Part shown: positions 17,216 to 42,322 of the stretch, piece after piece | Layout: each line of letters opens with the position of its first letter | Position numbering within the stretch: the first letter of the stretch is position 1 | Assembly (NCBI RefSeq): GCF_009914755.1 | Contig: NC_060947.1 | Reading direction: 5' to 3' (one strand) | Length of the DNA: 64,000 nucleotides | Source: the human T2T-CHM13v2.0 reference genome, Homo sapiens | Position numbers and translations under genes: made by a program | Notes under the pieces: generated by a model | What the model was told of the DNA's origin: nothing | What the model saw: the letters and a program-made list of their open reading frames with translations, nothing else | Databases searched by the model: none

Positions 17216-17250
17216 TCTGCCCTGCTGGCTGGAAACCTGGTAGTGAAACA
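17216..17250 (+). CDS. PRDX4: PRDX4 coding exon 6 (resolving Cys, VCPAGW)
   Basis: 35-nt exon, ttttag| ... |gtaagt; (V)CPAGWKPGSET. Confidence 0.98.
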
Positions 17251-17370
17251 GTAAGTATATATATATGTTTTTATGTTGAGTTGATGGTTAGAGTTGAAAA
17301 AAATGCTGGCCGGGCGCAGTGGCTCACGCCTGTAATCCCAGCACTTTGGGAGGCTGAGGCGGGCAGATCA

Positions 17371-17644
<274 letters not shown>

Positions 17645-18018
17645 TTACTAGAACTGTCTTGATTTTGTAAATGAAGTAAACATTGCTAAGCAGAAATCAG
17701 AGTACAGACATTCTTTGGCCTGTAGGAAGAGTAGCTGAAACCGGAGAAAGCAGAATATGGGGCGTGATGCTGTGAATTTTAAAGCCAGGTATACAGATAA
17801 ATACACCGTTCGAAAAAAAAAAGTAGGGCAGAGTGGAGACTTGGTAGAATAATTCAGAGGTCTTATAGGTCATGTATCGAATTTCTTCCTGTATTGGGAC
17901 AAAGAAAACAGTCACAAGCAAAACCTTTCTATGCATAGTAAGAGGTTTTGAGAAAATCTAGCTCAATTAATACTGAAGATAATGATTCTCTCCTTGTCAT
18001 GAAGAAAGAAAAGATTGA

Positions 18019-18234
<216 letters not shown>

Positions 18235-19839
18235 TAGAGACAGGGTTTCACCATGTTGGCCAGGCTGGTCTCAAACTCCTGACCTCAAGCGATCCACCCA
18301 CCTCAGCCTCCCAAAGTGCTGGGATTACAGGCATGAGGCACCGCACCTGGCCCAACCAACCTATTTATGAAAGCATTTATTACCACAACCTAAAATTAGA
18401 ATTAGGATATAACTCCAAGGGCAGGGACTTTGGCTGTGTTGTTCACTAATAAATACTGCCTATCATAATACCTTGAATAGTTTCCATATAGTGAGTCTGT
18501 TGAAAGAACGTCCAAACACATAAATATATACAACTATTATTTGTCAATCAATCAAAAATTAAAAAGAATGACCACCACAGTATGTGATAACACGTATGCA
18601 TTTTTCTGGAGGGAGAATCCATAGTTTTCACCAGATTCTCAGAGATTTGTGGCCCCCAAAAGTTAATCATGTAAATAGTCAACATGTTTTCCGAAATGTC
18701 CGGTACTCATCCTATAATACCTTTCAGAGTGAAATTGTACTTCTTGGGAGCTCTCACTGATCTCTGGGAACTTGGACACCTAGCACATGCCTGTGATTGG
18801 AGATGATGTTTTCATCAGTCACAGAGGGTTTTGCTGCACCTCCAGGGGGAAGTGCCCCCTACCTTGAAGATGTGTCTGAAATGCTTTTTAAGGCTTCTTA
18901 AGCTGCTGCTTAAGCCAGCAGCTTCTGATTCATATTTCTTTCTATAAGCCTCATAATCAACAAATGTAAACTAATGTGACTGATTTATACTTTAAGGTAC
19001 CTAATGGTCAAAGTACCTTTAATGTGTAATTTCAAATCCCCTTTGAGATCCATCAGATTAACATAGAGATGAGTAAGTTTGCTATTGTAACATTAACTTT
19101 GACCTCAAAGGCAAAACTGTTTTGCAAACCCATCAGAAATTGATTCAGAATCAGTCAATTACAAAAGTTACAATAAGTTATTTTTATATATATAAAGATA
19201 GATGTACTTTACCTATAACTAGCAAATAACATAATGTGAGGTCAAATTATATTGGAAATTTTTTTTAAGTCTAACAACAGGATTCTAAGGCTGTGATGCT
19301 CTTAGAGGGAACACAACAGTATTCATTAACTATTGACAGTAGTGCTTGATGTATTTGAGTTTGGGTTTTTTTTTTGTTTTTTTTTTTTTACTTTGCAGCT
19401 TGAGATTTAAAAGGTGTATTCTGGACTTTAGTGAGCCCTTAGTGAACACCTGCCTCCTTTTCAGATAATTGTGACATACCATCATTTTAGCAGCATGATT
19501 TTAAAAGTACATTAACATCTGTAGCCATGCTCTCTAAATGTGTTTGACTTAATTAGATCAAACCTGAAGATACCATGAAAGCCTGGTGGCCAAGAGAGAG
19601 CTGTAAGTAAGTTTTGGGGTGCTTGAGTACAGATGTTAATTTATTCACACAAAATAAAAATATTTGTCTTTTGGAATAGCCGAAATTAGTAGGCAGGACA
19701 AATCTCATTTTTTTCTAAATATACAATCTGATATACAAAAATAATTTTTAGTCAAGGCATGGGCAACTAATGTCAGACTACTCATTATGTACTTTGGCTT
19801 TAAAATGAATAATTTCCTTTCTTCGTTTTGTTTTAACAG

Positions 19840-19890
19840 ATAATCCCAGATCCAGCTGGAAAGCTGAAGTATTTCGATAAACTGAATTGA
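19840..19890 (+). CDS. PRDX4: PRDX4 coding exon 7 (terminal; YF motif, stop)
   Basis: ttttaacag|; IIPDPAGKLKYFDKLN-TGA. Exon lengths sum to 816 nt = 271 aa + stop. Confidence 0.98.
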   Translation: MIPDPAGKLKYFDKLN

Positions 19891-19927
19891 GAAATACTTC
19901 TTCAAGTTATGATGCTTGAAAGTTCTC

Positions 19928-19962
19928 AATAAAGTTCACGGTTTCATTACCACATTGTGTTG
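19928..19962 (+). terminator. PRDX4: PRDX4 polyadenylation signal and downstream GU-rich element
   Basis: AATAAA at 19928-19933, ~40 nt after the stop; TTGTGTTG at 19955-19962. Confidence 0.85.
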
Positions 19963-20109
19963 CAGTAGTAATTTCTTGGAGAATATAAAAATCCACATCA
20001 AAGTCCAAAGATATTTAGCGTTAGCGTTAGACACTGATGCCAAAAGACAAGCAGTTATTCTCTGTCTTTCCAAAGGAAGAAATGGGAGATTGAATCAAAC
20101 TGAGTAATA

Positions 20110-20340
20110 GCAATAATGACATTTACGGGGTACATGCCATGTGCCAGGCCTTGTGTTAAGCAGGTTAGGGGCATTATTTAATCCTCACAGCAACTCATTG
20201 AGTTCTTTATTTTACAGATGAGGAAACTGAAGTGCAGGTAGATTACTTACTTACCCAAAGTCACATAGCTAGCTAGCAAAGGCAAAATCCGACCTTGCAC
20301 CCAGACAGGCTAATTCTAGTTTCTGAGCTCTTAACACTCC
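20110..20340 (-). mobile_element. MIR
   Basis: TTTTACAGATGAGGAAACTGAAG core. Confidence 0.8.
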
Positions 20341-20754
20341 ACTGTGGCTCACCTCTCCATACCTTTGAGGGTAGCGGTAAAGAACGGGTTGTGAGCACAC
20401 TCACCTTCCACAGTAATAGGAATAGCTGGCCCCATGGCCCACTGCTCTGTAATAACATAAAGCCTTTTGCCCCCGCCGCCATCTCTAAATTTACATCTTC
20501 AGCTTGTACCAAATTTATAAGTTAGATATTTAGTTTAACAAAATTTGAATCCTTAAATACATATAACTAGCTCTTAACAAATGACCATATACAAAGCTGA
20601 ACTCCAGTGCTATTTCATCATCCCATTTGCCACCCCAATATGGCAATTACTTTATTGTCATTATCTGTAGACATGCCATGTAGTTAAGAGACCAGGTACC
20701 CAGGAGAATTAACTTCATCCTGTCTTCCATGCTAATCTGCTAATCTCTGTCCGT

Positions 20755-25240
<4,486 letters not shown>

Positions 25241-26460
25241 CTGTTTTTCCTCTGTTCTCACATGACAACAATCAATACAGAAGACTTCTGTGACCAAATG
25301 TGTAGGGTGTAGGGATTTTCCCCACCAACAGGCAAGCAATTCTGCAGTGGACACCAGCCAGGAATCTTCTGATCCAATTCAATTCTGATGCTGTCCACCT
25401 GGATATAGCATCAGATACCACAGGTTGAGGGCTCAGACCCACAGGACTGCCCCCACTTCAGACACCAGCTCCCAAGTACAGGCCTCTGGAACTTCTGACT
25501 GACTGACTTCAAGTTGGGGTTCCCATGACCCCCTCTTTAGGCTCAATTGTTAGAGCAGCTTGCAAAACTCCGGGAAACGCCCACTTACACTTACCAGTTT
25601 CTTATGAAGGATATTTTGAAGGATACGAATAAACACCCAGATGAAGAGGCACATAGGGCGAGGTCTGGAAGGGTCCTGAGCACGGGAGCTTCTATTCCCG
25701 TGGAGTTGGGGTGCACCATCATCCCAACACATGGGTGAATTCTTGTTCACCTTCCTGCAAGCCTTCACCAGCTCAGCTGTCCAGAAGTTCTGCGTACCTG
25801 GTCCTCTTGGGCCTTTTATGGAGACTTCATTGGATAGGCATGACTGAAGCATGGACAACCGTGTCAAAATGTGATTGGATCGCTTCTCGGCCTTTTGGCT
25901 AAGATCAAGTGCAAAACGTGATTGGGCAAAAAGGGCATGATCTAATGCTAATAGACGGAGTGGGGAATCCTAGCAAGGCCTGTCTGTTCAGATTCCTGTT
26001 GGCCTCTCTGCACGGCACTCCTTCCTCCTGGGTTGAGGGCAGGACCCTTTCTAAAATGAGGATCTTATGACCTACAATCAGACAAGGTAGGTCAGAGAAT
26101 TTCTTTATGACCGGCTCCAAATACAAAGGTGGGGGCAGATTATATTTTCAGTTTCTATGGCCTGCCTTGGAGAGACAAAGGAGCAGGTGAAAAAGGAGAG
26201 TATGAGAAGGTCAGCGGGAGAGGCTGTTTTCTGAGCCCTGCTTCTGAGGCCTACAGCACCCGCACATTAAAACCAAAGACGGTCTTTTCCTTTGATCGCT
26301 CTGAAGCACTTCCAAAGCTGCTTCAGGAACCAAGGACTAAAGGACGAACACTTTAACAAAAGATATGCTTATTGCTTAATCACTTGGGAAATAATAAGGG
26401 CTATGGGAGTTATGAGCCAGGAACCATGGACAAAAAGCTATATATATATAATGATATCAC
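25241..26460 (-). mobile_element. MER21-like solo LTR
   Basis: Minus-strand start GTGATATCATTATATATATAGCTTTTTGTCCATGGTTCCTGGCTCATAACTCC and internal CCTGTGGTATCTGATGCTATATCCAGGTGGACAG resemble MER21; it hosts the U2 fragment. Confidence 0.7.
25879..25911 (+). pseudogene. 3'-truncated U2 snRNA retro-pseudogene (nt 1-33)
   Basis: ATCGCTTCTCGGCCTTTTGGCTAAGATCAAGTG equals the U2 5' end; flanked by a 14-bp direct repeat CAAAATGTGATTGG / CAAAACGTGATTGG. Confidence 0.93.
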
Positions 26461-26679
26461 ATATATATAATGATATCATATAGATATACATATGTATATA
26501 TACACACACAGATGCTTCTATAAACTCATATTTTTTACCTAGCTTTTCAACAGAAAAGAAAATGTTTATCATAGTTACTATGTATTTAGTTTCATATAGC
26601 AAAGTAATTTTTACCAATCCTATTACTAAATAACAATTTTAGCATAATATTGTACATTTATGTAAAATGCTAAAAATAT

Positions 26680-32785
<6,106 letters not shown>

Positions 32786-33224
32786 AAAAATTCTCCTTTA
32801 TTCTTTGAGAGGGACATAACACTAATAATCCAGAACCTAGTGTATATCCGTTAGTTTGCTTCACCTCATCTTCTTAAAAGTCCTGTATTAAAAACCAAAA
32901 CCTCTAGCTTTTATATCTGTATTGGTAGAGGACAGATTTGGGGTGAAGATTCTGGTATCCAAAATTACGTGAGCAATTTAACAAAAAGACAACAAAAACA
33001 ATAAGCAATTTAATTTCAATCTCAGTAGAATTCAGAGAAAGGCAATTAACAAATGTCAGTTTTCTTTTTTTGGGGGGGTGGGGGGGGACAGGGTTTCACT
33101 TGTTGCCCAGGCTGGAGTGCAGTGGCGTGATCTTGGCTTACTACAGCCTCAAACTCCTGGACTCAAGCAATGCTCCCAGTTCAGCCTCCTGGGTAGCTGG
33201 GACTACAGGTGTGCACCATCACTC

Positions 33225-34308
33225 TGAGAGGAGTTAGCTAGCTTTCCTTAGGTAGACAGCAAGGGAAGGGTCCCCAAAGAGCCCCCAACCCACGGGTCAG
33301 TGCCTCATCCCCACAGAACAGAGAAAGCAGCCTGGGGATAAAAATCAAGCTGCAGGCACCGATAAGGGAAGTAGCACAGGGTGGTGGTGTGCCTGGAGAC
33401 AAGCCCGCGGCTGCACAGATCCGAGAACCTCCAGCCCACTTAGATAAAAACTTGCACAAACCTCCAGCTCACTCAGATAAGGGAACAAGACCTGACATAG
33501 AAATGTCTTTGTCTTTTGTATAATCAGCAGGTTCCCGGGAAAAAGTTTCTTCTCCTTTCGTGGGCATTAATACTGTGGGCTCCGACGACTCCGATGGGCA
33601 CTTTCCTTTCCTCTTTCGACTGTGAGCCCGGCCTCTAAGAATTACTTCAGCACGATTGGTCCCCGGGCCAAGCTTTCACTTCAGCTCCTGATAGGTCCCG
33701 GGCCAAGCTGAGTGGTCTCAATGAATCATCAATTCAGCTCCTGATTGGTCCCGGGCCAAGCTGAATCTAGCTTTCTCCAAGACAGCTCACAGACTAAGCA
33801 AATTCCTTCCCCTTCCCAGTCCGCAAAAACCCCCGACCCCAACCTCATAGTGGGCAACCCGTTCAGGCCCCCACTCTCCGCTGCGGAGAGCTTTTTTTTT
33901 TTTTTTTGAGACGGAATTTTGCTCTTGTTGCCCAGGCTGAAGTGCAACGGCGCGATCCTCAACTCACCGCAACGTCTGCCTCCCGGCTTCAAGCGATTCT
34001 CCTGCCTCAGCCTCCCAAGTAGCTGGGACTACAGGCGTGTGCCACCACGCCCAGTTAATTTTGTATTTTTAGTAAAGACAGGGTTTCTCCATGTTGGTCA
34101 GGCTGGTCTTGAACTCCGGACCTCGGCCTCCCAAAGTGCTGGGATTACAGGTGTGAGCCACCGAATCCAGCCGAGAGCTTTCTTGTTTTGCTTACTAAAC
34201 TTTTGCTCCAACCTCACCCTTGTGTTCGTGCTCTGTGACACAAAGAACTCCGGATACTATCTCAGACAACCAAAGACTGCTACATTTTGGCGCACTGGTG
34301 AGACTACA
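33225..34308 (+). mobile_element. ERV1-class solo LTR inserted in an Alu and containing a younger Alu (33892-34172, -)
   Basis: TG...CA termini, 4-bp imperfect TSD ACTC/ACAC, internal CCAAT repeats; the host Alu resumes after ~34312. Confidence 0.8.
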
Positions 34309-35097
34309 ACACCTTGCTAATTTTTGTATTTTTGTAGAAACAGGTTTTCACCGTGTTGCCCAGGCTGGTCTTGAACTCCTGACCTCAAGCAATCTGCCTT
34401 GGCCTCCCAAAGTGCTGGGATTACAGGTGTGAGCCACCACATCCAGCAGAAGGTCATTCTTCACCTATCAAAATGGCAAAGATATTTTAAAAAGAAAAGA
34501 TAAAAATTGGCAAAGTTCAGGGAAATTGCTGATGTGTAAGTGATTGTGTGAAACTGTTCTGAAGGGTTACATGAAATACATATTCAAAGCCTTCAACGTG
34601 TGCCTACTATTTGACCTAAATATCTCATTTAATATTTTTCCAAAGAAAATAATTTAAGGGTCAAATGTTTTAGAGTATTTAGGATATTTACTGCAACATT
34701 GTTTATAATAGCAAAAAAGAAATACTAGAAAAAGCTTCACTGTACAGCAACAAATGGTTAAATATATAATGTATAATCTATACAATAGCATGCAGTAGGT
34801 CTCTTAACTCCACTTAACACATTCACAAAACTCCCCAGGGCGCATCCCTCCCCATTAGCCACCTCCCATCATGTCATAGGTAGATATGCAAAATGCTATA
34901 TTGAAGGGCCAGGTAAATCTCAGTCAGGATGGCATTACGGCATGGAGAGACAAGTTATTATAGTACAGCACATGCTTGATTCCATGAGTCAAACTGCATG
35001 CTTCCAAGAGATAGTTGTGTTCGCTCCTGTGACTATTTCATGCCAGAGGTGCTTGTTGACACTGTGATTTCAATAAACATTACATAAACTAATATAA

Positions 35098-35256
<159 letters not shown>

Positions 35257-35579
35257 TAACTTTTTGTAGAGAAAGGGTCTCACTATGTTTCCCAGGCTGG
35301 TCTCAAGCGATCCTCCCATCTCAGTCTCCCAAAGTGCTGGGATTACAGGCATGAGCCACCACTGTGCCTGGCCTAAAAATTTTTTGTTAAAAATGCTTTC
35401 CACCGGCCGGGTGCAGTGGCTCATGCCTATAATCCCAGCACTTTGGGAGGCCAAGGTAGGTGGATCACCTGAGGTCAGGAATTTGAGACCAGCTGGCCAA
35501 CATGGTGAAACCGCCTTTCTACTAAAAATACAAAAACTAGCCAGGCATGGGGGCTGACACCTGTAATCCTAGCTACTCA

Positions 35580-36100
<521 letters not shown>

Positions 36101-36950
36101 TGATCCATCCGCCTTGGCCTCCCAAAGTGCTGGGATTACAGGCATGAGCTACCGCGCCCAGCCTTGGCTGCAGATTAACGGGAATACCTCCCTTGGGCTT
36201 CCTAGGTGACACTGTGATATTCGGTATGACCTCCCTTGCTCTATTCCTTGGAAGAAGTACAGGCACTGGTCAAGAGTGCCCGGGACCCACATTGCCTGGT
36301 TTTGAATCCCAGCACCTCCACATGTTACGCGTCGGACCTCCAGGAAGTTACTTAAACTCTCTGTGCTTCAGTTTCCCGAGTGGCCTAACCCTAAGGGGGG
36401 TTACAGAACCTGCCTCATAGTGTTGATTGGAAGAAATAAAGGAGCTCAGACCTGCCAAGGGCTGAGGATGGTGCCTATCTAGCACATGGCAATGCTCCAT
36501 AAGCATAAGCAGCTATTATTATTGTGGTTCCTATTTTTTAAATCAGATATATCCTGCGGAGCCACTAGCAGAATGTGCTAAATAGCTGTCTGGTGAATGA
36601 AAGAATGACCAAATGGTCCTGTATTTCCTTATCTAGATCATCTCTAAACACCTTCTAATGGTATGGTTTCAGACCTAAATCTTCCCACAAATCTTTACGG
36701 ATGCAGTAACTTTTGTTAAATCCCTTCGCCCCAACTTTTCATCTACCCTCTGACAACAAAAGCTGGGAAATAGAGGGAAGCAAAGGAATCATGTACGGCT
36801 GATGGGATTTAGACAGCACAGAGCAAGTGGTTAGGTTTAAAGAACGTCATCCAAATACCCTGGCAGGAAACCTTGTATACTGACAGTTGCAATATGTGTA
36901 AGAAAAGAATGCATCCAATGGTATCCTCAATTAATTAATTAATTAATTAA

Positions 36951-37151
<201 letters not shown>

Positions 37152-37303
37152 TGATCTCCTGACTTCATGATCCGCCCGCCTCAGCCTCCCAAAGTGCTGG
37201 GATTATAGGCATGAGCCACCACGCCCAGCCTCTCAATTTTTTTGTTTTTTCAGAAGATGGGAGGCAACATGGTAGGTTCACAATTAAAATTGTCTTGAAA
37301 GTA

Positions 37304-37316
37304 TTTATTGTTTAAT
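37304..37316 (-). terminator. ACOT9: ACOT9 proximal polyadenylation signals
   Basis: Minus-strand ATTAAA (37311-37316) followed by AATAAA (37304-37309), ~200 nt after the stop. Confidence 0.75.
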
Positions 37317-37506
37317 AATTCTTTCTCCCCTCAGCCCCATCCGGCCACTCTCTCTTTCTGCTTTTCTGATCATCCTAAAGGCTGAATACATCCTCCTCCT
37401 GTGTGGAGGACACGAAGCAATACTAAAATCAATACACTCGATCAGGTCTTCATCAGATACCACGTCACTGTGGGTAGAGTGCTAGTTTTCAACAAATGTG
37501 GTGTTC

Positions 37507-38029
<523 letters not shown>

Positions 38030-38306
38030 TGATCTGCCCGTCTCGGCCTCCCAAAGTGCTGGGATTACAGGCATGAGCCACCACGCCCAGCCTGGCTGGA
38101 TCAGTTTTTGACTACCAGTGGTTGCTTGCCCGCCTGGGGGCCACAGGCATCTTTGGCCTTCAGGGCTGCCAAATCTCAAAAGCAAAATCTCCTGAAGACA
38201 TGCTCTTGTGCTGACAGGCATCAATACACTTCCTCCAATTCAAAAGGAGAAAAATGTCCTTAGAAGTTCTTCCCTTTGTTAGGGACAAGCAATAATCACT
38301 ACTTAC

Positions 38307-38457
38307 CTCCATATGTTTTTGGGAAAACCAATGGCACTTCTTTTTCCGACATGAACGTGAAATGAAAGACATTGGTGGTTGTATGCTGCTTCTCCTGCAG
38401 GGAGGCCACTTCACTGTGTACTCTGACTTGAATATAATTATTCTGAGTAAAGCATAC
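38307..38457 (-). CDS. ACOT9: ACOT9 coding exon
   Basis: tag| ... |gtaagt; VCFTQNNYIQVRVHSEVASLQEKQHTTTNVFHFTFMSEKEVPLVFPKTYG; 151 nt. Confidence 0.95.
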
Positions 38458-38605
38458 CTAACAGATTATAGACACTATAATCAGTCAACTGCATTAGGAA
38501 GGGGAAAAAGGCAGTCATAAGAGAAAACAGTGGCTTTTTGATATAGAAACTTCTAGGCTCAAATGAAAAAAAAAAGTTGTATGTCATCTCTCATCACACA
38601 CCTAC

Positions 38606-38693
38606 CTGTGAAGAAAGAAAGAGCAATGAGCCAACCTCAACAGGTTTCTGAAACATGATGTCATCTACTGCTACCACAAACGGTCGAGAACCA
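38606..38693 (-). CDS. ACOT9: ACOT9 coding exon
   Basis: cag| ... |gtaggt; GSRPFVVAVDDIMFQKPVEVGSLLFLSSQ (hotdog-fold strand motif); 88 nt. Confidence 0.95.
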
Positions 38694-39121
38694 CTGTTGG
38701 GGGAAAGGACAGAATTTGGGGTATATTGCAAAATTCAGATGATCTCAATTGTTTCCTCTAACAACTAGCTGAAGCAAAATAAAAATGAACGAAGAATAAA
38801 GTTAGAGAAGGGGGAAAAGATCCTACCAGTGAGAAATGGTAAGAGACGCCATCGTGAGCAGATTAGGGCCAAAATAACTATATCTTTTCCTTTCTACATA
38901 TCATCACTGTATTTTCTCAGTAGTTTTTTTAATGTATGAACTTACAAAGTCAGAGAAACAACCTTCTAAAATGAAGATCAAATTCAGCTGGTATCAGTGT
39001 GGTATTCATTCAAAAACATAACATATTCCCACACACACCCAGACTGGTCTGAAATGTTTCATTTCAGTGGGGTGATATAAATTGCTTCTCAGAAGTTAAG
39101 GCTGCCTTACATGTAACTCAC

Positions 39122-39207
39122 CCAAAGCTACAAGCAGTAGCCCACGCAAGTTCATATGCCTTCCTCATAAGGAAACCACCAAAGATCCGATTGAAAATGT
39201 TCCGCTC
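39122..39207 (-). CDS. ACOT9: ACOT9 coding exon (hotdog helix motif)
   Basis: tag| ... |gtgagt; ERNIFNRIFGGFLMRKAYELAWATACSF(G), the N-x5-GG hotdog thioesterase signature. Confidence 0.95.
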
Positions 39208-39380
39208 CTACAGGACATAAATAAATATCAATAAATACAAAACTTATGGCCACCTTTGTATACAGAACAGAGGAATTAACAATGCCACAGGACAAAGGCC
39301 AGTTTAAAGGTGTGTCAAATCTTGGACAAATATCATGAACGGAAGCTATCCTATTCGGATTTCTCACTAAATTATAATAC

Positions 39381-40352
<972 letters not shown>

Positions 40353-40605
40353 CTGGAACAAGGGAGAATAAGGAGCAATGATCAGGACGGTCGCACTACA
40401 GCACACGGTATTCTGACCTGGGATGCCTTTCAAAATCTCACTGAAAATTATACACGTATCCAAGAGAAAACTGCAGAGGCCACATAAAACTCCCAGTGAG
40501 TCTTTGGTTCCACATGGAAATTATATTGGTTCAGTGTGAGATCACTTGATATCATCCTGATCCAGAGCCCTGACCTGCAGTTATCCCATTGAGATGCATT
40601 TCTCA

Positions 40606-40743
<138 letters not shown>

Positions 40744-41132
40744 CTACAAAGAAAAATTTTAATTAGCCAGGCATGGTGGCACGTGCCTATAGTCCTAGCT
40801 ACTCAGGAGGCTGAGGTGGGTGGATAGCTTGGGCCCAGGAGATCGAGACTACAATATTGTTCATTGTAGCCTCAAACTCCTGGACCCAAGCCCAACTCCA
40901 GCCTGGGCAACAGAGCAAGAACTGTCTAAAAAAAAAAAACGGAGATAACAAATTACTTCACTTAATAAATATTGTCTGATCAATAAAATCATTCAAAGTA
41001 TGGACTCCAAAGAAAAAAGAATAGCATATTTTTAATTTCAATAAATTATTGGTATGAATAAGACATTTGGGCCAGGCACAATGGCTCACGCCTGTAATCC
41101 CAGCACTTTGGGAGGCCAAGGCAGGCGGATCA

Positions 41133-41348
<216 letters not shown>

Positions 41349-41489
41349 TCAAAAAAAACAAACAAAAAAACAAACAAAAAAAAGACATTTGACTGGTATG
41401 AAGAGCCCATATAAAATCTTAAATAATCTCTTCTGCAGCGTAATTAATGTGCTTTTCAAATTTATTTTATTATAAACAAATTAATGTAC

Positions 41490-41557
41490 ATTCCCCTTGT
41501 CTAAAGAGCTCCTCTTCCTCTGGGCTTTCAGGGATGAGTGGATTTACAAATGCCGGC
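41490..41557 (-). CDS. ACOT9: ACOT9 coding exon
   Basis: tttttag| ... |gtacat (weak donor); PAFVNPLIPESPEEEELFRQGE; 68 nt. Confidence 0.93.
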
Positions 41558-41878
41558 CTAAAAAGAAGAAAAAAAAGAATATAATTTAAGATATGCCATT
41601 ATCTAATAAAACTTGAAGATGAACAATCACCTACTACTTTTAAAGAATCTGCTTTTCATTTTGGGTAGTGCTTACTGCTTGCCTTACATGTGAACGCTGG
41701 AACAATTAGGGAAGCCTTACAGTTACAGCCTTAATTGCACACTAGAAACTTAACATTATAAAAAGGATACTGGCATCTGCTAAATGTTTAACCTGATTCT
41801 AATCATGAGGAAACAGTCAAATATAGGTTGTAGAACACTCTACAAGAAAACTGGCTTTAGGCCGGGCGTGGTGGCTCA

Positions 41879-42322
<444 letters not shown>

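Noticed and set aside
25879-25911. Functional U2 snRNA gene
   Set aside because: Only nt 1-33 are present, with no Sm site or 3' stem-loops, and the TSD indicates retroposition.
33645-33762. Spaced ~30-bp direct repeats resembling a mini CRISPR array
   Set aside because: Eukaryotic context, irregular spacing and no cas genes; these are internal LTR repeats.
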